DNA from: Octopus vulgaris
Lineage: Eukaryota
Assembly: GCA_951406725.2 (NCBI GenBank)
Contig: OX597814.1
Coordinates: 122,636,001-122,700,000, forward strand
DNA: 64,000 bases
Direction: 5' to 3'
Numbering within the stretch: the first letter of the stretch is position 1; the number at the start of each line of letters is the position of its first letter. Positions 25,991 to 38,980 of this stretch are shown here, one piece after another. A program made the position numbers and the translations under genes. The notes under the pieces were generated by a model that saw only the letters and a program-made list of their open reading frames with translations, ran no database searches and was not told the DNA's origin.

Positions 25991-27886
25991 ATATTGAGTC
26001 CTCTCTTTCCCTATCGGTGGTAGAAAGTGATATGTTGCTGTATAGTAAATATGTTTGTGTAGTGTATATGAGTTTGTGTGTGCGTGTATGCATTGTACGT
26101 GTGTCTGCATGAGTGAGTGTGAGTATATCCGCGTTAGTGTGTTTGCCTACATGTGGGTGTGTACGTGTGTGTTTGTGTGTGTTTGTGTGTGCTTGTGTTG
26201 TGTATGTGTGTGCTTGTGTGTGTATGTTGTGTGTGAATGTATTACAAAAAATATGCTATAATTCTGTACTTTATTGCGTAAAACGTAGCGCAAAATCTAG
26301 CTAATTAGATTATACGTAAATTAAATCCGACAAGATTACAAATGCAAATTCGACGGTTGCACATGTTACACTACTGTTTAAGTTAATACACTTTGTATGT
26401 TATTTATGATATTCACTGTCAATCCCTTTGAATTACGGTTCAGTCAACATTTATCCTATTTTAAAAAACAGATCTATCGACATTTCACGTTCGATGTACA
26501 TATTTAGACAAAGGTTGAATAATATAAATATGAATATTAGATTGAAAAATCTTCCTTCGCCAAATCATATAGTATTATGAAGAGAGTCTGTCAGATTTGA
26601 ACGATTTGAGAGTTTGGAAATCGTCTTCGTGCGTAGACACCATCTAAATTGCCATTTGAATGAAATTCATCTAGCCTTCGCTGAACTTTTAAATAATTAA
26701 AGCATATAAATCCCTCGTTATATCCAGATATGAAAGGAGTAACAAGTATATTTAAACACCAAATTTTGCTATATACTTTCCTTCTTATATTGTGTATATT
26801 TTATGTTTTTCACAGTAACGCTATGCTGTTACACATTCTTCTACTCTTTACTTAAGTGACCCGCGAACTAAAATTGCTCTCTCCTTGTAATATGATTTTT
26901 TTTATATTCGTCCCACTTGTATTAGCACTACTCACGTTATTATTGATAGGACTGCTTCGTTTCTATCTTTCACTTCACAGAAAACCGAATAAATGTTCTC
27001 AACCAGAACAACCATCTTTAAATTGTCTTTATATCTTAAGACTCTTTATATTAAATCTTCATACGCATTTATTGTTCCTTTCGACACTCCTAATATTTTT
27101 TCTAAAAAAGCCCTAACATGGAATACAACCGAAATATTTTTACCGATTAGCATCAATCATTTTACCTCATTTCACTATAAATCCTTTATTTACCACCCCT
27201 GTATAGCATTTTCAATATCACATCTGATATCAGTCCGATATCATCTAATCATATATCTCTTCATTAAGAGATATATCATTTTTGATATAGGATATTTATT
27301 AAGCAAGTAGTCACTGGATCAAGAAGAGTAATCGCTTGAATGATTGCACCCTGAGTAACAACTGTGATTTATCACAATTGAATGAATACAACTACATGTA
27401 TCAAATACTTTTTCCCACTTGGCTTATCCAAACTTAAGCGTATATATGTGTGAGTGTGTATGTGTATGTAGGTATGCATATTATGTGTATATGTATATAT
27501 GCGTATAAGTAAAATGGTAGATATGGAACGAGGAGAATAAAAGGCAGTGTTTGGTAGAGAAAAATTCAAACAGCAGTGAACAAAATGTAAGTAAAAAAGA
27601 AGAAAACCATAAAATACGGTGTGCAGCGAACTGTAGGCCGAAAAAAAGGACAAAGAGGAAAGAAGTGGAGGAACATATCAGGTGGACATTTCATCAAGAA
27701 AGAGAAAGGAACAAGATAAAAGAAACAAGTAAAGAAACGATATTCTAAAGAACAACGTGTGTATCTTACTACTAAATTCTGTAGTTACATGTATGTATGT
27801 ACGTATGGATGTATGTAAGTATGTATGTATGTATGCGTCTATGTATGTATTTGTGTATGTGTTTATATATATACACACGTATTTAT

Positions 27887-27935
<49 letters not shown>

Positions 27936-28109
27936 CATACATACATATATACATACATACATACATACATATAACTGGCACTCTGTCGCTTACAACGACG
28001 ATGGTTCCAGATGATCCGACCTATGGAGCAGCCTGCTTGTGAAAATAACGTGCAAGAGGCTGAGCACTCCATATAAATATGTGTATATGTATATATATAT
28101 ATATATATG

Positions 28110-28231
<122 letters not shown>

Positions 28232-28242
28232 CACTCACACAG

Positions 28243-28279
<37 letters not shown>

Positions 28280-29119
28280 CACACGTGTGTATGTGTGTGA
28301 GAGAGAGAGAGAGAGAGTTCGCAGTGTGGTATGCTTGTGTTCTTTGTAGATTTGCATACCAAACAGTCAAAACCAATCATGACCTTAAGAACTGTTGTAT
28401 GTTGTGTAACTAAACAAATAAGTGTGTCTTTACTCAATGTTCGGTCACCAAGAGTCACCAATATATATATATATCATACGAGATAGCTTTTGCCAAATAT
28501 CACATATTTTCTTTTTGTGGAATTGTTGAGGCCCTTTCATTTCGTGTATTTAATGTACATAAACTCATAGCACCGGCTCGTCATGAGCTTTTGTGCACTC
28601 CCCGCTCAGGTAGACAAAATTTAACTTCGCAAATTTTTCTGCATGTATCTACAGTGTGTGTGTGTTTTTGCACGCGCATGTGTGCTTGTGTATATCTGCA
28701 GATACACCATACTACGTTACACATAAACACAAACACTTTCACATACAGACATTTACATAGACACAATTTCGCATATCAGACGCTCACACGTAGACACACG
28801 CTTACACACGCTCACACGTAGACACACGATCACACGCATTCACACGTAGGTACACGATTACTCACACACTGCTGCATATATTTTTGCATGTTTGTGATGT
28901 GGTTAGAACATATATTCTCTACCTGTTCGATAATTCTGCAAGTGCTTTTTTCTGTTTTGCTATTCCTAGAGGTAGTATTAAACAAAAATTGGTTCTACTG
29001 AATTGCTTGTAGAATATCTTCTGTTCCAACTGATCAATACCATTTTCGATATTGTCAAGAGAGAAGTTCCATTTGGAAACGAAATAATACATTCTACTTT
29101 TAATTTTCCTTCAGACACA

Positions 29120-29390
29120 TCAAAAACTAAAATATATCTGGAAAAAAAAAATCTTTCGTAATTTAGTTCTGAGTGACTTCACATGTATTTGGTGATTAAA
29201 TAAATTGGAGATTATACAATAAGGACCGGATTAGTAGGAATTATCTTGACGAGTACGGTTTAATTGCATGACTTGACTATTGTTATGTGTATAGTTTGTT
29301 TGCAGTAAAAGTTTTTTGCTTTCTTTTGACCAACCAATAAAGATGAATTCTGTTGGAAATGGCTCAGATTGTACATAATAGATACAGTTT
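29120..29390 (-). pseudogene. Decayed iGluR/IR-like S2 C-terminal exon
   Basis: Acceptor ttctacag at 29391; NCIYYVQSEPFPTEFIFIGWSKESKKLLLQTN resembles C…v.e.F….gig..K.S; then Y*SGPYC…QIHVKSL. Confidence 0.55.
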
Positions 29391-30194
29391 CTGTAGAATA
29401 TATTTTGGTATTTCATGATTTTCATTTCTAAACACATCAGAATAAAATCAAAACGCTGATTTGCACGAGTGTCAAGGTAGATTATCAAAGAAATGACCAT
29501 ATGTTTTGTTTTGTTTTGTTTTTTTCTCAATAGGTGCCTCTGTTATGGTTTGAAGAAAACGACGATTAGAGAAAAAATGAAAATGTTCATAAATTAGGAA
29601 AGGGTCATAACTGTGCCTTATATCACTCTGATTTTCCAGGTAGATACACAGGAGTGGTTGTGTTCAATGTGAAGTATATGGATTCATAGAAACCTATGGT
29701 AATCACATAAATGCTGCTTTTGTGGACCCGGTTACAAACTACATAGTAATCCAATTCACTGGAATAAAAAGTAGAGTTCTACGCAGCTGAAATCTTGTAG
29801 GTCAAGTCAATGAAGTTATTTCATGAAGAATATATAGAACATAAAGTCAGGATGTACGGGAGATGAATATATTTATTTCACCAGTTGCTATCCGTAGGAT
29901 GATAATCGTTTCGCAGCTTCATCATGTAATAATAATATTTTATTTTAGTGTATGATAAATATGTCTGCACTAATATGCATGCTATACGTTCCATAGTATT
30001 GTTGTACATTAACAAAACAATGCAGATATAGAAGGCTAGCTCTTCAGATCAACAGAACACATACATTGATTTGTAAATGTACGATTGTACAACGCAACAT
30101 ATAAGCATGCATATAAGGGCGACATGTAAAATAATTTATCGGATATCTACTGTTGAAATAAATATATTCATTCTTCATACCACCTATGTTCTAT

Positions 30195-30430
30195 GTCTGT
30201 GTATATGAGTGTCTTTGTGATTGTGTTTGTCCCCCACCACCGCTTGATAACTGGTGGTGCTTCGTTCACGTCCCCCGTAACTTAGCAATTCGGCTAAAGA
30301 TACCGATAGTATAAGCAGCGAGCTGACAAAAACATAATAAGCACTGGGGTCGATTAGTTCGACTAAAAATTCTCCAAGACAGTGCACCTGCGTGGCGGCA
30401 GTTTAATGAATAAAACAAATAAAAGGTAAA
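30195..30430 (+). mobile_element. Diverged SINE family A-like 3' half
   Basis: tttgtcccccaccaccgcttga…cgtaacttagc…ggggtcgatt. Confidence 0.7.
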
Positions 30431-31649
30431 AGATATATAAATGTATGTATGTATTCACAAAGTATGTATATGCACATACATATATGTGTATATATATATA
30501 TATTCACATAATATATATATGCACATACATGTATGTATATATATATATATATATATATATGCACATACATATGTGTATACATACATACATATATATATAT
30601 ATGCATATGTATATGTCTTGTAAAGCAAGTGAATGTGGTCTATTAGTAAAAATACTATTTAGCCTTGGGTGAAAAGTAAACATCATGGCCAAACTTCGGG
30701 TTCTTTTTTTTTTTCTGTGTGACCAGAAAGATATTGATCTGAGTACTTTCAAACTGTGTTAACGTTTCATTTACGATCGATTACCCGTTTCCTGTTATCA
30801 ACAAAAATACTAACTTACAACTATTTATATAGTGTTGAGACTAAACTGAATTTCTCTGCCAAATTGTGCGTTTACTTAAAACACATGTTCATAGAGTTTT
30901 GTCTTAAATGTCACAAGCGCTTTTATAGTATTTCTATTAATTCATTCATTGTTATTGCCAACACTTGTACTGTTATGTAAATTAGATAGACCAATTTAAC
31001 TCAGTGAAAATAAAGGAACATTAACGGTTCGTTTGTTGACGAAATTAATGGGTGCCTTAATTAGCTGGTGAACAATACGATTTCCCCCTTTCCAGTGAAA
31101 TATGGTGTAGCCAAATAGCGGTGTCATCTCGTTTGTAATGACATTAAATACGAGATCAGTCAGGTGATGGAATGCCTACCACGAAATATGTAAGCCTCCC
31201 TATGTTGTCTATAAACTTTAAAGGCGACCTTAACCGGAGATAATCGTTACAAGTTCTACTGCAAACATAAGAAGCGAAGCAAGACGATCGGAATGACATC
31301 ATGTGTTATTCTGTAAATATTTCCTTGCAATTTCCTTCACGTGTGCGGTCATGTGTTTGTGATCTTGTGCCAGTCAAATAGAGTATTCAGAAAAATGGCA
31401 AATATTGAATACTTAAACACTGAAACAGAACTGTAGATTAGAAAAATAGTGAGTGAAACGTCAGTAGTAATATATATCACATGAATAATTAAATAATGAA
31501 TTATATATGTGTGAGTACATGTGCGTGCACGTGTATGTCTGTGTGTATATATGTGTGTTTCCGTGTGTGCGTTTGTGTGTGCGTTTGCGTGTGTATGTGT
31601 GTGCATTTGCGTGTGTATGTGTGTGTACCTATAACTACACTCACATATA

Positions 31650-31708
<59 letters not shown>

Positions 31709-33217
31709 ATAAAGAGAGATATACGTAGACACATATATATGTGCTCTCTCTCTTACTGTCTGTCATTCTCTCTCCAAATATATAGATATATGTTTATACA
31801 CACAAAAACACACATGTGTGTGTGTGTAATACAGATATAAGCATCATATATGTATGTATGTATGTTCTGTATACGAGTTTGTACGTCTGTGCAAAGAGAG
31901 ATAGAGCTAGACATATTATGATACATATACTTATATACATATATATGAATAGCTACCCAGATACAGGCATACATAGATAAGTATTTGGCCGTGTGTTTAT
32001 TTATATATGTATAATTCGGGAATATGTTTGCTGTTCTATTTTGGCGAATATGATAAATTGTTCGTTCATTAAGAGAAAATCAGATAAATATCGGTTTATT
32101 TTAGAACGCTGTTCATTTCGAATATAATTTTTATTTCGTTCAATACTTTGCTGAGATTCTCAGGAATAACGAGCCAGCCAAATTATATGAAGCTTTTAGT
32201 CTTTTTGTTTTGGTTGTGTTTTTATTGACTTATATATTTTTTTGTTGCTTTCATACTTCTTGTTGTTTTGACTACTGAATGTCGTAGTTTATTATTTTTT
32301 TTATTATTCTGTTTACATTCATTTTCAAATATTCTTTTTTATTTTTTATTTCGTTTATTTTTGGGGGTTCTTTTTAATTGTTATTATTTTTCGTGTTTGT
32401 CGACATCTAATGAGTACACTCTTGCCAGCATCCAACTCGTGTGTTTATATTGGAAAGATAGGAAAATAATTAGTATCGGAGTAACGCGTGGGGTGGTGGT
32501 GTTAGATATAGTTCATATACTGTCGTTTCAGTTGGTTTTGTTGTGTTCGATTTACTTTCTCCCCTTTGAACGGTTCATGCTATTTGTAATCTGCCGAAAT
32601 TGGGCATGACACTAAATTAGTTTCTCACAGAATTTTTGGTTATCTTTCGTAGCGTTAATATGACACCTTTTTCACAATTTGCTACTTTCAACAAATAAAT
32701 TCTAATGCATGAAATCGTACTTCCGGTTTAGAGCCATAAACGACTGTAATTAACCCACTAAATCTTCATACAACTTAAAAGAATGATGCCGCTATGTACA
32801 AGGTGATACACCTATCTAACAATCTGAGGTAGGGCAACTACATTATCCATATCTAAGCCTTGCTTAACAAACTATTTAATCTCCTTCATGTTAAGAAATT
32901 TACCTTGTGCATGGCGTTCATAACTTAACGTCACTTTACGTCACTTTACGTCACTTTACGTCACTGCCGTCCATTTACATCACCATTTACAATTTATACC
33001 ACTTGGCATAACTTACGTCATTTTATGTCATTTTACGTCATTTCCGTGACTTTGCCTCATCAATCGTCTGTTTGTCATTTGCCGTCATTTCCCTAGTTTT
33101 ACACCAGTTTATATAGTCTTACGTCAATTCGTCCCCAGTTTTTGTCTGATAGTAGCTTTAACCTCATCAGAAACTACCTTCTCTCTCACGTGCTCTCTCA
33201 CTCACTCTCTGTCACTA

Positions 33218-33253
<36 letters not shown>

Positions 33254-33499
33254 ATTCTCACTCTCTCTTTCTCTATAAATATATTTCTTACCCGTTATCA
33301 CTTTCTCGTTCGCGCGCTCTATGTTTGTGCGTGTGCGTGTGTGTGTGTGTGCGTGCATGTATGTGTGTGTTTGCGCACGTGTTTGTGTGTGCATGTGTAA
33401 ACGTTTTTCTTTCTTATAAAGTCCACAGTAACATAACTCTGATATATCTATCTAACATTATGCATGCACATTGCATTTGATTTCCAACATTATCCTTAA

Positions 33500-34300
33500 T
33501 CATTCCTCTTCAAAACAGCCTCAAAACAAATTTATTCTCAGCCCAATACATACTGGAAACCCAATAATACTAATATGTATTGTTCCAACAACTTCCAACC
33601 AATTCCTGTCTTCAGCTTCTGTCTTCTAATCTCAGAATAATAAGTAACACAGAAGCACTTAATATTCTCCTTTTCTGAATATTTCACACCTAAAATATCA
33701 GTTCAATCTTCAATGGAATTACATTTGTATACCAATGAAACTAAGCGCTGATTAAATGCACACATGCCATATTATTTACACAAAACAAGAAGATGTTTTA
33801 TTGCACGAGACTTGGGAAATTTTCCCACCCAGTAAATATAACTAATATATACACCGTTATAGGCGCTTCTATAGCCTAACCACTACGGACACAACCTGGC
33901 CAATACATACACGGTTTTCGACACACTTTGGTGCTCTAACCAATACAGATGCAACTATACATATAAAACAGAAACATACAATTATCTTTTGCTGCTGTAA
34001 GTATAAACGATTGTACACATGAGATACAAGCAGTCCTATGCTTTGTACAAGGAGCCAATAATTCTGAGAAAAAAAAAGGAAATGGAATAACAAGGGAACA
34101 GATTTTAAAAGAGATATCTCATCCTCAGTGTTATTACTTTTCTGGTATTCTTTCATAGACCAAAAATAATTGGAAGCGTTGAAAGATAAACTATATTATG
34201 AATATTATAAACTATATTATGAAGTGATTAGGATGTTACCCGTAATATGACAGGTAACATTGAAAGTACAATCTTGCCGCTATTGGTAACATAATAAAAT
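33500..34300 (-). pseudogene. Decayed iGluR/IR-like M1-M3 and S2-start segments
   Basis: FNNIVIIFII*FIFQRFQLFLVYERIP (M1 + ER.sP), EISLLKSV…, RIIGSLY…MCTIVYTYSS (M3-like), CNSIED*TDILGVKY (I.S.EDL-like). Confidence 0.45.
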
Positions 34301-34304
34301 ATTG

Positions 34305-34730
34305 TACGCAGGAGTGGCTGTGCGATAAGTAGCTTCCGTACCAGCCACATGGTTCCGGGTTCAGTCCCACTGCGTGGCAACTTGGGCAAGTGTCTTCTAC
34401 TATAGCCTCGGGCCGACCAAAGCCTTGTGAGTGGATTTGGTAGATGGGAACTGAAAGAAGCAGGTCGTATATATGTATATATATAATGTGTGTATGTGTG
34501 TGTGTTTGTGTATGTATGTTTCTGTGTCTGTGTTTGTCCTCCAACATCGCTTGAAAACCTATGGTGGTGTGTTTACGTCCCCGTAAGCTAACGGTTCAGC
34601 AAAAGAGACCGATAGAATAAGTACTAGGCTTCCAAAGAATAAGTCCTGGGGTCGATCTGTCGACAAAAGGCGGTGCTCCATCATGGCCGCAGTCAAATGA
34701 CTGAAACAAGTAAAAGAGTAAAAGAGTAAT
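34305..34730 (+). mobile_element. SINE family A, full length
   Basis: As 8890-9290. Confidence 0.9.
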
Positions 34731-35105
34731 AGAATTAATATAAAAATTTATCTTTAATCCTAATTTCATGGTGATTATATCAAATGGTGAATTCTAATCT
34801 TCAAAAGAAAAACACTTACTACCTTAAAATTAATTAAAAGACATTTCTCATTTGTATATTTGCAACATATTTAGCATCTGCTTTCTAACATAGCATCGGA
34901 TCAATCCGGCAATGACAGTTCTTTAGTAACAAATTCAATACGTTGCCCGAATTAACGCAATGATCTGGTCCTTAAATGATTTAGAGAGCCGCAATATTTT
35001 CTAAGTCGAACCGTAGAAAAGTCTTGTATGTTATTATGTTCCATTTACTCATTATAATTCCAAAGTGTATTCCGGTTAGTCATTTTTGTTTTATTGAAAA
35101 TTTTA

Positions 35106-35370
35106 ATAATAATAATAAATGCGCCCTTTTAAAGCCCAGCCTGGCTCATGGGACCGGTTTCCCGGTTTCAAGAGCCTGTGTGTTCCCCAGATGGACGGGA
35201 CGCCAGTCCATCGCAGCGTTACTCATTTTGGCCAGCTAAATGGACTGGAGCAACGAGAAAAATTAATTGTTTTGCTCAAGAACACAACGCGTCGCCCGGT
35301 CCAGTAATCGAAACCACAATCTTACGAACATGATGCTGACACCCTAACCACTAAGCCACGTTCTCCACAC
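35106..35370 (-). mobile_element. SINE family C
   Basis: Reverse complement of 17968-18229; TSD tgaaaatttta at 35095-35105 and 35371-35381. Confidence 0.9.
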
Positions 35371-35665
35371 TGAAAATTTTAGCATCTCCAAACACATTCA
35401 TTACTAAAGTAAGCAAGTGCAAGAATAATTATTGGAAGAAATATGAATTTATGATGCGCATAGAGAAGCTGCGGGTTTCAAAGATAGTATCAATAAAGGG
35501 ACGCGTCGATTTTGGAATGAATGCTCAGATATATAGAACGGCAGATCTTTATTACATTATATCATTGCTTTTGCCTGTCCGTGTGTGTCTCTGTATGATC
35601 TATGTATACACACATACGCACACATATACACAAACATGAACACACATACACACATAGATAGATAT

Positions 35666-35738
<73 letters not shown>

Positions 35739-36218
35739 AACAGAACGCCGACACCGTGGTATTTATTTAAAGAAAATGCAAAATCTCAGAACTGAATGAT
35801 GAAAGGTTAACTTAATTTAATATATTTCAACTTATTTTTCTTTTTATTTCAGCATGATTGACTAAATCATCCTTTTAAATTGATTGAAACGGATGGCTTG
35901 TTTAAATAAAGATGTAAATACTCTATTATTTTGTCCTATGATAAAGCTGTCAAAAAAATTTCTTCTTTTTACCTTTTAATACGCGCACTCACACACACAC
36001 ACACATAGCATTCATATATATATATATATATTAGAAGGTTTGGAGATGATGTACAGGTATTATATATTAGAAGAAATAAGGTACTCAGAAATCTGGATGG
36101 TTTTATATTTACAGTTTTTTATTAACATGTCACATGTTTTTATAAATCATATATTAGCGCTTGCATCCACTATATACATACATACATACATGCATACATA
36201 CATACATACATACAAACA

Positions 36219-36298
<80 letters not shown>

Positions 36299-36300
<2 letters not shown>

Positions 36301-36490
36301 AAGAGTTTACGAAAAAACAAAAGACGAAGACAGGTGGTGTACAAAACAAACAGATGTATTAGTATAACGCTCAGGAATAGAAAAAGTCTTTTATGTTTCG
36401 AGCCTACGCTCTTCTACAGAAAGGGACAGAGAAAAAACAAGGAGAGAAATAATGAGAGAAAAAAATGTGTGTAATGGCTAACGATCTATC

Positions 36491-36492
<2 letters not shown>
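36299..36492 (-). mobile_element. Penelope-like relic with hammerhead-like core, flanked by (TA)n on both sides
   Basis: Minus strand CTTT-CTGTAGA-AGAGC-GTAG-GCTC-GAAAC-ATA-AAAG; shares acgctcagga with the 24143 copy. Confidence 0.6.
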
Positions 36493-36530
<38 letters not shown>

Positions 36531-36568
36531 GAATGTTGAATAGAGGTTAATATTTTAAAACTAGATTT

Positions 36569-36790
36569 AAGGCAACGAGCTGATAGAATCTCTACCGCAC
36601 CGAGCAAAATGCTTTGTATTATTTCGTATGTCTTTATGTTCTAAATTCATATTCCGTCGGGGCCGACTTTGCCGTTCATCATTTCAGGGTCGATAAGATA
36701 AGTTCCAACTGAATACTGATAAAGATGTAATTGACTTATCCTCTACCCTCGAAATTGCTGGCCTTGTGCCACAATTTGTAACGAATATGT
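36569..36790 (+). mobile_element. Diverged family B-related SINE
   Basis: aaggcaacgagctga…gactttgccgttcatcatttcagggtcgataa…ggccttgtgcc. Confidence 0.75.
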
Positions 36791-37337
36791 CAAAGCTTCG
36801 ATTAAGAATAAGAAACATTAACTGATTCACTGACTCAATGCTATGAGTAAAGCTAAAATGAAGCCTTAGTCAACAGGAATTTACTATCGTTAATTTTATT
36901 TAACTTTTTCGGTTAGTGACGTAATTTTAAATTTAATGGAGTATATTGTATAATTTCCATATATTAATTTGGTTTGGGTTTTTCTTCCCTTTCACCTAAA
37001 TCGAATCAGCATTTCAATTAATAGGAGCTCTTTAATAAGAAGTAATTAACGGCATATTAATTACATTGCATAACGTTATTACATTACAGAAGAGGAAGCC
37101 TTTTTGTAAACAAAGCAATATGAAACACATTTGGGGAATAAGTATGTCAACAAGGCTGTCATTCTATTATAGATAAATATGTATATGTGTGTGTGTATAT
37201 ATGTGTGTGTATTGCATACATGTGTGTATGCATCTGCGGTCTTCTTACAGCATTAAGAGTATTTTAACTCTTATTCCTAGCAATGTAGGTGCTCTGGTAC
37301 CCTTAAATACAATTATGGTATCACATTGCGCCTAGCT

Positions 37338-37378
<41 letters not shown>

Positions 37379-37450
37379 GGGGGGGAGTATATAGACATAC
37401 ATAGTTATACATATATGCAGATATATAGATATGTATGGCATTCATATATA

Positions 37451-37703
37451 TATTTGTAATGTAATATGTGACAATTATTCGGTTGCCATAATAAAACTCC
37501 GTGTTTCGGATGTCGGGGCGGAAACCTGCACCGGCATATCTTCAGTTATCGAGGCTTTTAATACATTCTATAAAAAGATTTTCATAGCATATTTTAATTG
37601 TCTCGATAACTGAAGAGATGCCGGTGCATGTTTCCACCACGCCATCCGAAACACGGAGGTTTATTATGGCAACCGAACAATTGCCACATATATATTACAA
37701 ATA
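37451..37703. mobile_element. Inverted repeat with arms of about 100 bp, each carrying a hammerhead-like core (inverted pLTR-like)
   Basis: 37451-37553 vs 37602-37703; CTGAAGA at 37610 and GAAAC at 37648. Confidence 0.7.
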
Positions 37704-38210
37704 AATTCCTCTATTCACATAATATCGATATCTCTTTTATTCTTTTAGTGTCTTACTATTACTATTAATATATTCTATAATTCTATAATTATGAGTATAA
37801 TTATAATTAGGGTTCAGCAAAATTTGCCTCCACACATACCGAAATTTAGAAATAGCAGTTAAACTACTATTTTTCTACTACCATAAGACATCTCCCAGAC
37901 AGCAATACTCAACAACGCACGCAGGTAAAGAGAAAAAGTAACGAATCCACCGGATCTGATTAACAGTATGTGCGTTTCGGAGTTGGAGAGATTTGAAAAA
38001 TGTAAAATCATATTTCTACTCACCCTCCTCATCAGTACAGTATTTCAAATTTTAATTAATTTTGCCCTTTATTATTATTGATTATATATATGTGTGTTTG
38101 TATGTATGTATTCTTTTATTCCTTTATTTGTTTCAATATGTAAATTTTTCTGTTCTACAGTATGTTTCAGCACTAAGGGTGTGGCCATTCTGGGGAACCT
38201 ATATATATAT

Positions 38211-38589
38211 AAGTAATGAGAGAGAGTCCACATGTGGTCACTCTAACGCTAGATATAGATGCACGAATGGTATCCCAGTCTTTATAGATGGCGTTCGTCT
38301 CAGCAAATTATATTTTTTTGATATACTCTACTGAAGATCCGAAAATGATTATGTAAGTAAAATTACACAATCTATTAACGGTGAAACAATTGTATAGAGT
38401 TAATCTATTTTTTTGTTATTTTTCATTTGTCCTGCTCGCTTACATTCTTGGCGCGTTGAATTAATTCTTGAGAACAATTCTTTAGTGGTGGATTCCCTTC
38501 GTGCATCTATATCTAGCGTTAGATTGACCACATGTGGACTCTCTCTCATTACTTGTATTAATAATTTTTACTGTATCCCAGTCTTTATA
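38211..38589. repeat. Element with 57-bp inverted arms plus a 16-bp direct repeat
   Basis: 38211-38267 inverted at 38498-38554; tatcccagtctttata at about 38271 and 38574. Confidence 0.8.
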
Positions 38590-38712
38590 CGTTAGGCCCC
38601 TTGGTGTTTAAAATTGATGTTATTAATTAATATTCAGTTATTTTCACCCTTATTGTGATTTTAATTATATATGTATATATGAATGTACATTTATGTATAT
38701 ATATATATATAC

Positions 38713-38743
<31 letters not shown>

Positions 38744-38767
38744 TATATGTATACATATATGTATATA

Positions 38768-38824
<57 letters not shown>

Positions 38825-38980
38825 ACACACATATATGTATCTGTATATGAATATCTATATTTATATATATAACAAACATATATATACATAACACATATAC
38901 ACACACTCGCATTATACATGTTTATATATGTTAAATATATGCGTATATATGTACTTGTATATATGCATATCTCTATACAC

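Noticed and set aside
28920-29065. Minus-strand open stretch SLDNIENGIDQL…NFCLILP as mid-S2
   Set aside because: Lies downstream of the S2-end/M4 segment, out of domain order; left unassigned
29640-29790. Plus-strand peptide CEVYGFI resembling opsin TM3
   Set aside because: Only 6-7 residues match, with no DRY motif or continuation; chance match
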